Of a stretch of 64,000 nucleotides of DNA, positions 18,579 to 27,204 are shown in pieces. The position numbers and the translations under genes were made by a program. The stretch is from contig JBAZTX010000003.1 in NCBI GenBank assembly GCA_041661725.1, positions 218,794 to 282,793 of the forward strand, given 5' to 3'. A model generated the notes under the pieces. That model searched no databases and was not told the origin of the DNA. It worked only from the letters and a program-made list of their open reading frames with translations. The stretch's first letter is position 1; each line of letters starts with the position of its first letter. The DNA comes from Patescibacteria group bacterium (lineage in GTDB: Bacteria; Patescibacteriota; Patescibacteriia; 2-12-FULL-60-25).

Positions 18579-19307
18579 TTAGGCGTTGATCAGAGATTCC
18601 GCCATGTCAACCAGGTTGCGGAAGTAAGGGACGCCGGGGTAGTTGGACGGGCGGTAGATTCCTTGCGCGTCAAACAGAATCGGACACGCTCCGGCCGTGT
18701 ACGCTCCCTGGACGTCCGCCACAGGATGATCTCCGACGTGGGCGACGAGCTCTGCCGGCACGTCGGCTCTTGCGAATGTCCGGCGAAAGATTTCCGGATC
18801 GGGTTTACTGACGTCTTCGGTGCCGCTGTCGGTGACGAAGGCGAAGTGTTCCCGAATACCCAAACGCTTGAGGTCGCGTTCTAAATTGCCGTTGGCATTG
18901 GAGATGACTCCGAGCGTAAACCGAGTCTTGAGCAACTCGAGTGCCGGAATCACATCAGTGCCGAGGCCCATGAACCAGTTGTGGGTCATATGGTACTCGT
19001 TCGCCAGAATCGCGAATCTGCAGAGTCCGTCATCCGATACATGTCCGAGGCAACCCTCGACGATTGCGGTGTAGTAATCGACAGCGTTCTGCGGAATCGG
19101 AATTGCTGCGTGGTTAGTCATCTTGAACGGAGGCATGATCTTGGCACGGAAGGTGCGTTCGGCTTGCATGACTTGAGCTGTAGAAACTTCTGTGTCGAAG
19201 AAGTCGTTGATTGCAGTGGCCAGCGTGTTGTATCGCGGCCACATCAAGGTATGGCCGAGATCCAGCGTGATGAGTCTGGTCGCGGGGTTAAAAGATCGAC
19301 TTTGCAT
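18579..19307 (-). CDS. HAD-superfamily hydrolase-like protein (GC-richer, own promoter)
   Basis: Motif I-like LITLDLGHTL (second Asp replaced), ISNANG, VGDHPVADVQGAYTAGA. Strong SD (aggagg). Confidence 0.6.
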   Translation of the reverse strand: MQSRSFNPATRLITLDLGHTLMWPRYNTLATAINDFFDTEVSTAQVMQAERTFRAKIMPPFKMTNHAAIPIPQNAVDYYTAIVEGCLGHVSDDGLCRFAILANEYHMTHNWFMGLGTDVIPALELLKTRFTLGVISNANGNLERDLKRLGIREHFAFVTDSGTEDVSKPDPEIFRRTFARADVPAELVAHVGDHPVADVQGAYTAGACPILFDAQGIYRPSNYPGVPYFRNLVDMAESLINA

Positions 19308-19334
19308 CGGGTGCCTCCTGATTGGTGTGCGATT

Positions 19335-19363
19335 TTATTATCATTTGCCGATAAAACGGTCAA
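19335..19363 (-). promoter_or_regulatory. Sigma70-type promoter for 18579-19307
   Basis: Minus strand reads TTGACC, 17 nt spacer, TAATAA. Confidence 0.55.
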
Positions 19364-19485
19364 GATGAAAGCAGGTCGATCGAGGTGCGCCGGATGCGGC
19401 GCTTATTGTGTTTTGATCTTTAAAAGAGTAAATTGATTACCAATAACAATTCTACACATGTCGTCTGTTGTCTCTCGTCTAAACT

Positions 19486-20421
19486 ATGACCATCAAACTT
19501 TTTAATCAACTCTCCAAATCCGACGTCAACATCGCGGGCGGCAAAGGCGCATCGCTGGGCGAGATGACGCAGGCCGGCATTCCGGTGCCGCCGGGATTTG
19601 TAATTCTAGCTCAGGTTTTTGACGAGTTTCTAGCCAAGACGGATTTGACCCAAGAAATTAAATCTCAACTCGCCAAAGTCAATTATGATGACGTGTCATC
19701 GGTTGAACGCACATCGCGAATTATCAACGACTTGATCGACGACGCAAAGTTTCCGGAAGATTTGCAGGTAGAAATAATATCGGAATTTAAAAAATTTGGC
19801 ACAGAGTTCGTCGCTGTCCGTTCGTCTGCAACCGCGGAAGATTCTTCTGTCGCAAGTTGGGCGGGCGAATTGGAAAGTTTTTTGAATACGACGGAATCGA
19901 CATTGCTTGCGAACGTCAAAAAATGTTGGGCATCTTTGTTTACGCCGCGTGCTATCGTCTACCGCAACGAAAAAGGCATGAAGGACACACATGTATCCGT
20001 CGCGGTCGTTGTGCAGAAAATGGTGCAGTCAGAAGTCGCGGGCATCTGTTTTACTGTCCATCCCGTCACCAAAGACACCAATCAGATGATTATCGAAGCC
20101 TGTTGGGGCCTGGGAGAGTTTATCGTCGGCGGAATCGTTACTCCGGATTCTTATGTCATCGACAAGCGTGACGGAAAAATGATCGACGTCAATATCGCAG
20201 AACAAGAGACGATGCTCGTGTGCGGCAAAAACAGTAATGAGACAGTCGGCGTCCCGTCCGATAAAAAAGCCGCGCAAAAACTCGACGTTGTTCAAATCGG
20301 CAAACTCGCTTCCATCTGTCTTAACATCGAAAAGCATTACGGCTTTCCCTGCGATATCGAGTGGGGAATGGAAAACGGGGAGTTTTTTATTGTGCAGAGC
20401 AGGCCGATAACAACGTTATAA
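19486..20421 (+). CDS. Stand-alone PPDK_N-type ATP-grasp (PEP/pyruvate-binding family nucleotide-binding module)
   Basis: 311 aa. VNIAGGKGASLGEM...GIPVPPGFV...FVAVRSSATAEDS...WASLFTPRAIVYR...VAVVVQKMV...DIEWGMENGEFFIVQSRPIT matches the N-terminal module of PpsA/PPDK/rifampin phosphotransferase. No swivel or TIM-barrel domain is present. Confidence 0.85.
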   Translation: MTIKLFNQLSKSDVNIAGGKGASLGEMTQAGIPVPPGFVILAQVFDEFLAKTDLTQEIKSQLAKVNYDDVSSVERTSRIINDLIDDAKFPEDLQVEIISEFKKFGTEFVAVRSSATAEDSSVASWAGELESFLNTTESTLLANVKKCWASLFTPRAIVYRNEKGMKDTHVSVAVVVQKMVQSEVAGICFTVHPVTKDTNQMIIEACWGLGEFIVGGIVTPDSYVIDKRDGKMIDVNIAEQETMLVCGKNSNETVGVPSDKKAAQKLDVVQIGKLASICLNIEKHYGFPCDIEWGMENGEFFIVQSRPITTL

Positions 20422-20427
20422 CTCACC

Positions 20428-21510
20428 ATGCCCTTGTCACAGATCAAGTCCATCGAATTTTGGGCACGCGAATATCGCTTGCCGCTTTGGTGGTTGAACG
20501 ATCCGCGGCACGTATCAATTGGCGACAATACTTTCTTTATATTTAAGAATCCAATTTTGCATTGTTACTATGTCAACGGAAGAATGCAAAAAGAACATTC
20601 GTCCGGGCATGTTTATTTTTCAAAAGCTGACAGTTTTGCGCGATACATTGAACGGTCGCAAGCGATGATTGAGAAAATGCAAAAGGCTGAAGCGGATTTT
20701 TTTTGCAAAGATCTCAAATCTTTGACTGACAAAGAATTTTACGATGTATTTGACGGCTTTAGGGTTTTGTTAAAAGATTTTACCGCCCTGTACACCAGGA
20801 CTGAGGCTGAAAAGTTAAAAAAATTCGAAGGGACTAAAGACAAAAAAATAAAAGAAGAACTTTTTAAAGTCGGCAAAATTCGTTTCGAGCTAAGAAAATC
20901 CGTAGAGTCAATTTTTCATATTCTGCTCGGCGATGTTTTAAAAGAAATTGCCAGACGTTTTAAAATTAAATCAAAAGACTGGTTTTTCTATGATTGTGCC
21001 GAGGCGCAAAGTTTGTTTAATGGCCGAAAAGTCAGTCCGCGAGTGATAATGCAAAGACAAAAGGGTTACGCCGTGTTGAACATTAACGGCAAAAGGGAAC
21101 TTTTAGTCGGCAACGACTATAAAAAAGCCTGGGCGCTTGTAAAAAAAATGACTGTCCAAGATGATAAAAAGATTTTGCGGGGCTTGGTCGCACAGCCCGG
21201 AAAAGTCAAAGGAAAAGTTGAGCTGATTTTGCACAATGTGCGCAATTTATCAAAAAAAGTAAACGCATTTAAAGTCGGGAATATTCTGGTCACGGAAATG
21301 ACGACACCTGCGACCGTCGTCGCCTGCAAAAAGGCTGCCGCCATAATCACCGACGAAGGCGGAGTATTGTGTCATGCTGCAATCATCAGCCGCGAACTTA
21401 AAAGACCATGTATCGTCGGCACCAAAATTGCAACGCAAGTTTTGCATGACGGCGACGAGGTGGAGGTTGATGCGGATAAGGGAACGGTCATTATTATCAA
21501 GCGTATCTAA
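20428..21510 (+). CDS. Helical N-terminal domain + PEP-utilizer mobile (phosphohistidine swivel) domain protein, paralog A
   Basis: 360 aa. The C-terminus GKVKGKVELI...VTEMTTPATVVACKKAAAIITDEGGVLCHAAIISRELKRPCIVGT...EVEVDADKGTVI is a PEP-utilizers swivel with the catalytic His. The ~270 aa N-terminal region is of unknown function. Confidence 0.8.
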   Translation: MPLSQIKSIEFWAREYRLPLWWLNDPRHVSIGDNTFFIFKNPILHCYYVNGRMQKEHSSGHVYFSKADSFARYIERSQAMIEKMQKAEADFFCKDLKSLTDKEFYDVFDGFRVLLKDFTALYTRTEAEKLKKFEGTKDKKIKEELFKVGKIRFELRKSVESIFHILLGDVLKEIARRFKIKSKDWFFYDCAEAQSLFNGRKVSPRVIMQRQKGYAVLNINGKRELLVGNDYKKAWALVKKMTVQDDKKILRGLVAQPGKVKGKVELILHNVRNLSKKVNAFKVGNILVTEMTTPATVVACKKAAAIITDEGGVLCHAAIISRELKRPCIVGTKIATQVLHDGDEVEVDADKGTVIIIKRI

Positions 21511-21589
21511 GCGTCCAATATTCAGAATTCGATATTCAGCGCGCGATATAGTATAGTAGCGAGCGGATATTCGATATTCGTCATATAAT

Positions 21590-22699
21590 ATGAAACCCGT
21601 AATAAATTCATATCAGCCCTCGATGACCGAGTGGTTTGCGGCCATCGGCGAGGAAGAAGAGTCAAAAGCTTTTCGCGATGAGGATAATCGCAAAGTCGAC
21701 AGGCTGGAGATGTTGTATCAAGAAATCGGTTTGCCTTATGAAAGACCGGAAGAAATGTCAGCCAGGGATTTGGCGGACATGACGCCTCGATTCAAAATTA
21801 TCTTCGATGAGCGCGGTGATGAATTGTGTGCTATTCGTCTTGTCCCAAATAAACCCGAACTTCCAAAATTGCGCCAGCGAGGCGTGTCGATCCGTCAGTG
21901 TTACGAAAATTGGTTTTTAAAACAAGATATAAATCCGGATGATTATACGGCATATATTTGTCCGCATTCAGAGACGCTTAACTGGTCGGCGACAATTATC
22001 GTCGGCGATGAAAAAATTTACGGCGAGATGATCCGCGGTTTGCATAGTCAGTTGACACACGGCGAAACGGACGGAGAACTGCTGCATTTTGAGTATGACT
22101 TTAACGATTGGAAGTGGTCCAAACAAGACGACGAAGCGCAGTCGGTTATCCAAAGAATGATTGAGCTACTGCATGTCGAAGATAGATTGAAACAGCGCGC
22201 GCTTGAAGAAAAATTTAATTGCGAATTTTCTCACGACTATCTGAAAGGTTATTTTGAATCAACCGTTTGGCCGGATAATAAAGTTTATATAATTGATTAC
22301 AATCGTCTTTTGCCAAAATACTTGCCATCCGATTGGTCTGTCCGCGAAACAGCGGAAGCGACGTCGCAAGAAATAACAGGCGTAACGGCGCATCCGGGAA
22401 AAGTCAGCGGACGAGTTAGAATCGTTACGACTGAAAATATCGAAAATATGCAAATCGAAGATGGGGAAATTTTGGTTTGCGACAATACCGACGTTAGATT
22501 TTTGCCGCTCATGAAAAAAGCCGGCGCGATCGTCACCGACCGCGGAGGAATTTTGAGCCACGCGGCCATCATCTCTCGCGAGCTCGGCAGGCCCTGTATT
22601 ATCGGCACTAAAGTTGCGTCGCAAGTTTTGCATAATGGCGAGATGGTGGAGGTTGACGCGAGCAATGGAATTGTTACGATGCTGAAACGCGCTGCGTGA
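21590..22699 (+). CDS. Unrelated N-terminal domain + PEP-utilizer mobile domain protein, paralog B
   Basis: 369 aa. Swivel: GKVSGRVRIV...AGAIVTDRGGILSHAAIISRELGRPCIIGT...MVEVDASNGIV. The N-terminal ~270 aa is dissimilar to paralogs A and C by eye. Confidence 0.8.
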   Translation: MKPVINSYQPSMTEWFAAIGEEEESKAFRDEDNRKVDRLEMLYQEIGLPYERPEEMSARDLADMTPRFKIIFDERGDELCAIRLVPNKPELPKLRQRGVSIRQCYENWFLKQDINPDDYTAYICPHSETLNWSATIIVGDEKIYGEMIRGLHSQLTHGETDGELLHFEYDFNDWKWSKQDDEAQSVIQRMIELLHVEDRLKQRALEEKFNCEFSHDYLKGYFESTVWPDNKVYIIDYNRLLPKYLPSDWSVRETAEATSQEITGVTAHPGKVSGRVRIVTTENIENMQIEDGEILVCDNTDVRFLPLMKKAGAIVTDRGGILSHAAIISRELGRPCIIGTKVASQVLHNGEMVEVDASNGIVTMLKRAA

Positions 22700-22700
22700 T

Positions 22701-23852
22701 ATGGACATGAACCCCGATGAGCTGATAGCTTATTTAAAATCGCAAAAATGGTTTTATGGCGTGCGGATTGATTCCGCATTGCTTTTTTATTCCGCCAAAC
22801 AAGAGGGAATGCGCAAGCATGTTAAAAATATGCACGGCATCGATTTTGCCGAGACGCTTCGTGTCCCTTTAGACGGCAAGCCCGTCCGTGTAATTAATAC
22901 GGAGCAGGCTAAAGCGTTCCATGGCGTCAGTCTGACGAAGATCCAGAAAGATCCGTCAATTTTGTCATTGTGCATCAAAGAGAATGATGAACTTTGGGCG
23001 CGTATTGCCGGAGAATGCGATGATCTGGATCGAGTGATAAATGTCGGGGACGATCAAACCGCGATTCAGATGTTCAAAAAAATATCATCATCTTATGCCG
23101 AGGCCAGTGCGCAATTTATAGTCATTTTTTCTTTGGGTTTAAAGCTTACGGAACTCGGCGCCACAGGGGCGACAAAGCTGATTCTTGAGCAGCATGACAG
23201 TTGGCGTAATCAAATTGCGTTTAAAGAAGAACGGATGGGCGAGCATTGGTATCGTTTTTTTGATCTCATGCGTCAAAAGTATGATTTGAAAAGTTCGGCT
23301 AAGGATTTGATGGGTTGTCTCTCGTTGCCGGAAGTTTTGGCCTGGCTCGACGACAGATCGGTCGATGTTGATAATCTTGTTGCCACGCGTCAAAAGCAAG
23401 ATTTTGTTTATCACGATTCTTGTAAAGAACGTTACGTTGTCGATGATGCCGATCTTGTTTCACGAATCGTTTCGCAACTTAGTTCACAGACACAGGATGT
23501 ATCATCGTCCGCTGAGATCAAAGGCCAGCCGGCATTCGTCGGAGACGATTTTGTGACGGGAGAAGTCTTGGTTATAAAAACTAAAAATGAACTTAATGCG
23601 AAAGCGCCTTTTATGTCCGGTAAGATAATCGTCGCAGAACAAACAACGCCGTATTACATTCAATATCTTAAAAATGTAAAAGCGATTATCACCGACGAAG
23701 GCGGAATTACTTGCCATGCCGCTATTGTCAGCCGAGAGATGTGCATCCCATGCATCATCGGTACGAAAAACGCGACTCAAATTTTGCAAGACGGTGATTT
23801 GGTGGAAGTAGACGTCGGGCGTGGAATTATTAAGGTTATAAAGTCAGTATAA
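22701..23852 (+). CDS. Helical N-terminal domain + PEP-utilizer mobile domain protein, paralog C
   Basis: 383 aa. Swivel: VTGEVLVIK...VKAIITDEGGITCHAAIVSREMCIPCIIGT...LVEVDVGRGII. The start lies 1 nt after the previous stop. Confidence 0.8.
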   Translation: MDMNPDELIAYLKSQKWFYGVRIDSALLFYSAKQEGMRKHVKNMHGIDFAETLRVPLDGKPVRVINTEQAKAFHGVSLTKIQKDPSILSLCIKENDELWARIAGECDDLDRVINVGDDQTAIQMFKKISSSYAEASAQFIVIFSLGLKLTELGATGATKLILEQHDSWRNQIAFKEERMGEHWYRFFDLMRQKYDLKSSAKDLMGCLSLPEVLAWLDDRSVDVDNLVATRQKQDFVYHDSCKERYVVDDADLVSRIVSQLSSQTQDVSSSAEIKGQPAFVGDDFVTGEVLVIKTKNELNAKAPFMSGKIIVAEQTTPYYIQYLKNVKAIITDEGGITCHAAIVSREMCIPCIIGTKNATQILQDGDLVEVDVGRGIIKVIKSV

Positions 23853-23926
23853 AAAACGAGTACAAATGATGATGCCCGCCGGAGAGTCTCCGACGGGCGT
23901 TGTATTGAAGCGAAATCGAGTGGATG

Positions 23927-24442
23927 CTAGAGACGGAACTCCGAGGTGACAATCAGGCCGGACGCTGTAGATGAGAGTATCACGCCATGACACTCTTCTA
24001 GTGGCGCGATGACAGTGCTTGTCAGGCCGTAGACCAGACACTCGATGAACGGCGAGTGCCCAACTCCGAGCAGGTGCACATTCAGGCCGAGGTGACCGAG
24101 TTCGTGTAGAAACTCTAGCGTCATGCGAGCCGCTTCCTCGCGAACCAGCTCATTTTCCGGAACAAGGTTCTGGTCATACTTGGCGAAATATGCTCGCCAA
24201 GCGCCCATGCGTTTTGTGTCGAGAGCGTCGAGTTCGTGGCACTGTCGAATGAGCGGAAAGTCGCTGGCGCCTTCAGCGAAGGCTTGCAGGGTCCCCGACG
24301 TGCGCGGCTGATGGGATATCGCAAAGTGCGTATACCCTTTGCCTCGCATCTGCTCGCGGCCGACCACGATCGCATGTGCGATGCCTTTCGGGGCGAGCTC
24401 GCCGTTGATGTGATGCGCGTGTCGACGCAGTTCGATGAGCAT
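23927..24442 (-). CDS. Histidine phosphatase (phosphoglycerate-mutase-like) superfamily protein, GC-richer
   Basis: MLIELRRHAHH (RH(G/A)-type catalytic motif) and a second catalytic His in LLGVGHSPFIE. First ATG with SD aaggagga used. Confidence 0.65.
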   Translation of the reverse strand: MLIELRRHAHHINGELAPKGIAHAIVVGREQMRGKGYTHFAISHQPRTSGTLQAFAEGASDFPLIRQCHELDALDTKRMGAWRAYFAKYDQNLVPENELVREEAARMTLEFLHELGHLGLNVHLLGVGHSPFIECLVYGLTSTVIAPLEECHGVILSSTASGLIVTSEFRL

Positions 24443-24508
24443 TGCGCTCCTCCTTGTGAAGTTTCGACGTCTTTTGCGAAGGGCTAATTCCCTGGGCATT
24501 GACTGAAG

Positions 24509-24537
24509 AACATACAGGAAAATGACTTACTAGTCAA
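24509..24537 (-). promoter_or_regulatory. Sigma70-type promoter for 23927-24442
   Basis: Minus strand reads TTGACT, 17 nt spacer, TATGTT. Confidence 0.55.
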
Positions 24538-24566
24538 GGGTCGTATTAGACACTTTGTAGCTTTGT

Positions 24567-25577
24567 ATGCAAAATGGCCTTAAGTCTATGCAGGTCGCTT
24601 CACACAAAAAAATCGTTGTCCTCGGCGGCGGAACGGGTACGTTTACCGTTCTTTCCGGACTCAAATATCATCCCGTCGACCTTTCAGCTGTCGTTTCCAT
24701 CGCCGATGACGGCGGCTCGACCGGGATTTTACGCGACGAACTCGGTGTTTTGCCGCCGGGCGACATTCGGCAGTGTCTGGTTGCTCTTGCAAACGGCGAT
24801 CAGGTTTTGCGCGATCTTTTTAATTACCGTTTTACGCAAGGCGGACTGGACGGTCACAACTTTGGAAATATATTCCTGTCTGCTCTTGAAAAAATCACCG
24901 GCGATCCGTTGGCCGCGGTGCGAGAAGCTAATCGAATTTTAAACGTCAAAGGCCGCGTTATTCCGGTTTCTTCGCGCGCCACGGATTTGTATGCAGAGTT
25001 GGATGATGCAACTGTGGTTAAGGGCGAACATGCGATAGACAAGCCGTCTTCAAATCGTGCGGCCATTCGACGCTGCTTTCTTTCTCCCGAGGTCCCCGCA
25101 AACCTCGAAGCGCTTGATGCGATTCGTGCGGCCGATATCATCGTGATGGGTCCGGGCGATTTGTATACGAGTTTGATTCCGGTTCTTCTCGTCAAAGGAA
25201 TTGCGCAAGCAATGGCGGAAAGCAAAGCCAAAAAAGTTTTGGTCATCAATTTGACTTCCAAGAACGGACAAACGCAGGGTTACAAGGCGAGTGATTTTTG
25301 TGAAGTCGTATCCAGACACATCTTGCCCGCATCGATCGACGTCGCCATTCTCAATTCTGCAAAACCATCGGATGAAGTGGCGCGGAGATACATTGAGGCA
25401 GGAGATCATGTTATTGAGGACGATTTGGATGTCGGCTCTATGCAGATTTGGCGCAGTGATTTACTGTCAGATGATATAGTGCCAAATGTTCCGGGGGATA
25501 GGCTTAAGCGCAGTCTTTTGCGCCATGATCCCGATAAATTAGCGGCTGCTATTCTTGCCGCGGCAGGAGTGGCATAA
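24567..25577 (+). CDS. YvcK / CofD-family (UPF0052, gluconeogenesis factor-like) protein
   Basis: KIVVLGGGTGTFTVLSGLK...SIADDGGSTGILRDELGVLPPGDIRQCLVAL...GPGDLYTSLIP. Confidence 0.85.
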   Translation: MQNGLKSMQVASHKKIVVLGGGTGTFTVLSGLKYHPVDLSAVVSIADDGGSTGILRDELGVLPPGDIRQCLVALANGDQVLRDLFNYRFTQGGLDGHNFGNIFLSALEKITGDPLAAVREANRILNVKGRVIPVSSRATDLYAELDDATVVKGEHAIDKPSSNRAAIRRCFLSPEVPANLEALDAIRAADIIVMGPGDLYTSLIPVLLVKGIAQAMAESKAKKVLVINLTSKNGQTQGYKASDFCEVVSRHILPASIDVAILNSAKPSDEVARRYIEAGDHVIEDDLDVGSMQIWRSDLLSDDIVPNVPGDRLKRSLLRHDPDKLAAAILAAAGVA

Positions 25578-25636
25578 TGACAATTAACAATGAATAATTA
25601 ACAATGAATAATTTCATTAAGAAACGACTAATAACT

Positions 25637-26944
25637 ATGAAATACGCCTACGCTATTGCTATAAGTCTCGCTTTGTTCGGAGCGGGATGCTTTTCGAATC
25701 GTCCCACGTCGCTCGTCCCACGTCCCACGTCGACGGAGCAGAATGCGACGACGACAGTGGATCAAAATCAGTCTGCACCCGGGACGGGAAGCTGGCTGCA
25801 ATACAGAAACTACAATTATGGTTTTGATTTCAAATATCCTGCGAATGCAGTCGAGACTTATAGAAGCGATTCGGCGACAGGGACTGTTTTTACTTTGGAT
25901 CTCGGTCCGACCGTTGCAAGCTCAACCGCGCTTTCTGTACCGGAAGATACGCTTGATGTTAAAATTATTTCTGACGAGATGAGTGCTGATCTTAAAAGCA
26001 GAATTAATATCGAAAACAATTGTTATAATGAGGACGGAGAGTCAGCGCGGGTAACGCCAGGAGTAATCTATAACGGACAACAGGTCTGCGTCGTCGAAAG
26101 CGCGGGCGCGGCTGCAGGGAATCGTTACAATCAATATTGGTATACTATTCCGCTCGGTAAAAAGAATCTGGTTTTTGCTTTCACGATTCACTCGGTCAAT
26201 TGTCAAAACTTCGATAAACCGGGTGCGTGTCTGGCGTTTGATGAAAGCCGCGATTCGCTGGTGAGCAAAATGATAATGTCTACGCTAAATACTTTTACAC
26301 CTAGTAAGAGCAAAGAGAATTTGAATTTGCGATTTGAGACAAAGTCGATTAAAGAAGAGGCTAAAGATCATTCGGTTGATGTGAAATATCCGGTCATGTT
26401 TGGCGGAGATGCTGCGGTGAGAGGTGTGATCAACGGCGCGATCAATACTTACATCAGCACAACGACGCAGACTTTTGCTAGATTGCTTAAGACGGAAGGT
26501 AAAGCGTCACCTGGACCTTTTGTGTTACAGGGCAATTATTCGATTTATAACGTCAGTTCGAATGTTGTCAGTATCGTTTTTAACGGCTACGAATACACGG
26601 GCGGTGCACATGGGATTTCGATTTTCGAGACTTTTGTTTTTGACACTACGACAGGCAACCGTTTGTCGTTTGATGACATCTTCAAATCCGACAGCGGTTA
26701 CCTAAAAATCGTTTCAGATTATGCAATCGCTGAACTTTCCAAGAAGCCGGATATGGATGTTGAGGGCTTAAAATCAGGCGCCGCACCGGATTTGAAAAAT
26801 TATCAATATTACTACTTGAATCAAGATGGCCTCGTTATCATCTTCCCGGAATATCAAGTTGCGCCGTACGCAGCGGGTCCACAGGTTGTGACCGTGCCTT
26901 ACGCCTCACTGAAAGACATAATGAAACTGGAAACTAGAAACTAG
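25637..26944 (+). CDS. Lipoprotein with DUF3298/DUF4163-type (RsiV/PdaC-like) C-terminal domains
   Basis: Lipobox LALFGAGC and YEYTGGAHGISIFETFVFDTTTGNRLSFDDIF...LVIIFPEYQVAPYAAGPQVVTVPY. The last codons and the stop lie inside a PE-1 half element. Confidence 0.75.
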   Translation: MKYAYAIAISLALFGAGCFSNRPTSLVPRPTSTEQNATTTVDQNQSAPGTGSWLQYRNYNYGFDFKYPANAVETYRSDSATGTVFTLDLGPTVASSTALSVPEDTLDVKIISDEMSADLKSRINIENNCYNEDGESARVTPGVIYNGQQVCVVESAGAAAGNRYNQYWYTIPLGKKNLVFAFTIHSVNCQNFDKPGACLAFDESRDSLVSKMIMSTLNTFTPSKSKENLNLRFETKSIKEEAKDHSVDVKYPVMFGGDAAVRGVINGAINTYISTTTQTFARLLKTEGKASPGPFVLQGNYSIYNVSSNVVSIVFNGYEYTGGAHGISIFETFVFDTTTGNRLSFDDIFKSDSGYLKIVSDYAIAELSKKPDMDVEGLKSGAAPDLKNYQYYYLNQDGLVIIFPEYQVAPYAAGPQVVTVPYASLKDIMKLETRN

Positions 26945-26955
26945 AAAGAGCAAAT

Positions 26956-27201
26956 ATGCAAAAAAGATCCTTTGTACCCAATTGGCTCGGGTTGATCAAG
27001 TATTTACGTGACCCGAAATCAGATTGGAAACCGAAGGCTACAATCGTCGTAGCAATCTTGTATTTAATCTGGCCGATAGATCTCTTGCCTGACATAGCGC
27101 CAATACTCGGTTGGCTGGATGATATCGGCATCACGTCGCTCGCCATTGCATATTTGCTGCATGCGTCAGGTCAGTACTCAAAACAAATAGAAAAAGAATA
27201 A
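26956..27201 (+). CDS. DUF1232 (YkvA-like) small membrane protein
   Basis: WPIDLLPDIAPILGWLDDIGI is the family signature. Confidence 0.75.
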   Translation: MQKRSFVPNWLGLIKYLRDPKSDWKPKATIVVAILYLIWPIDLLPDIAPILGWLDDIGITSLAIAYLLHASGQYSKQIEKE

Positions 27202-27204
27202 TTT

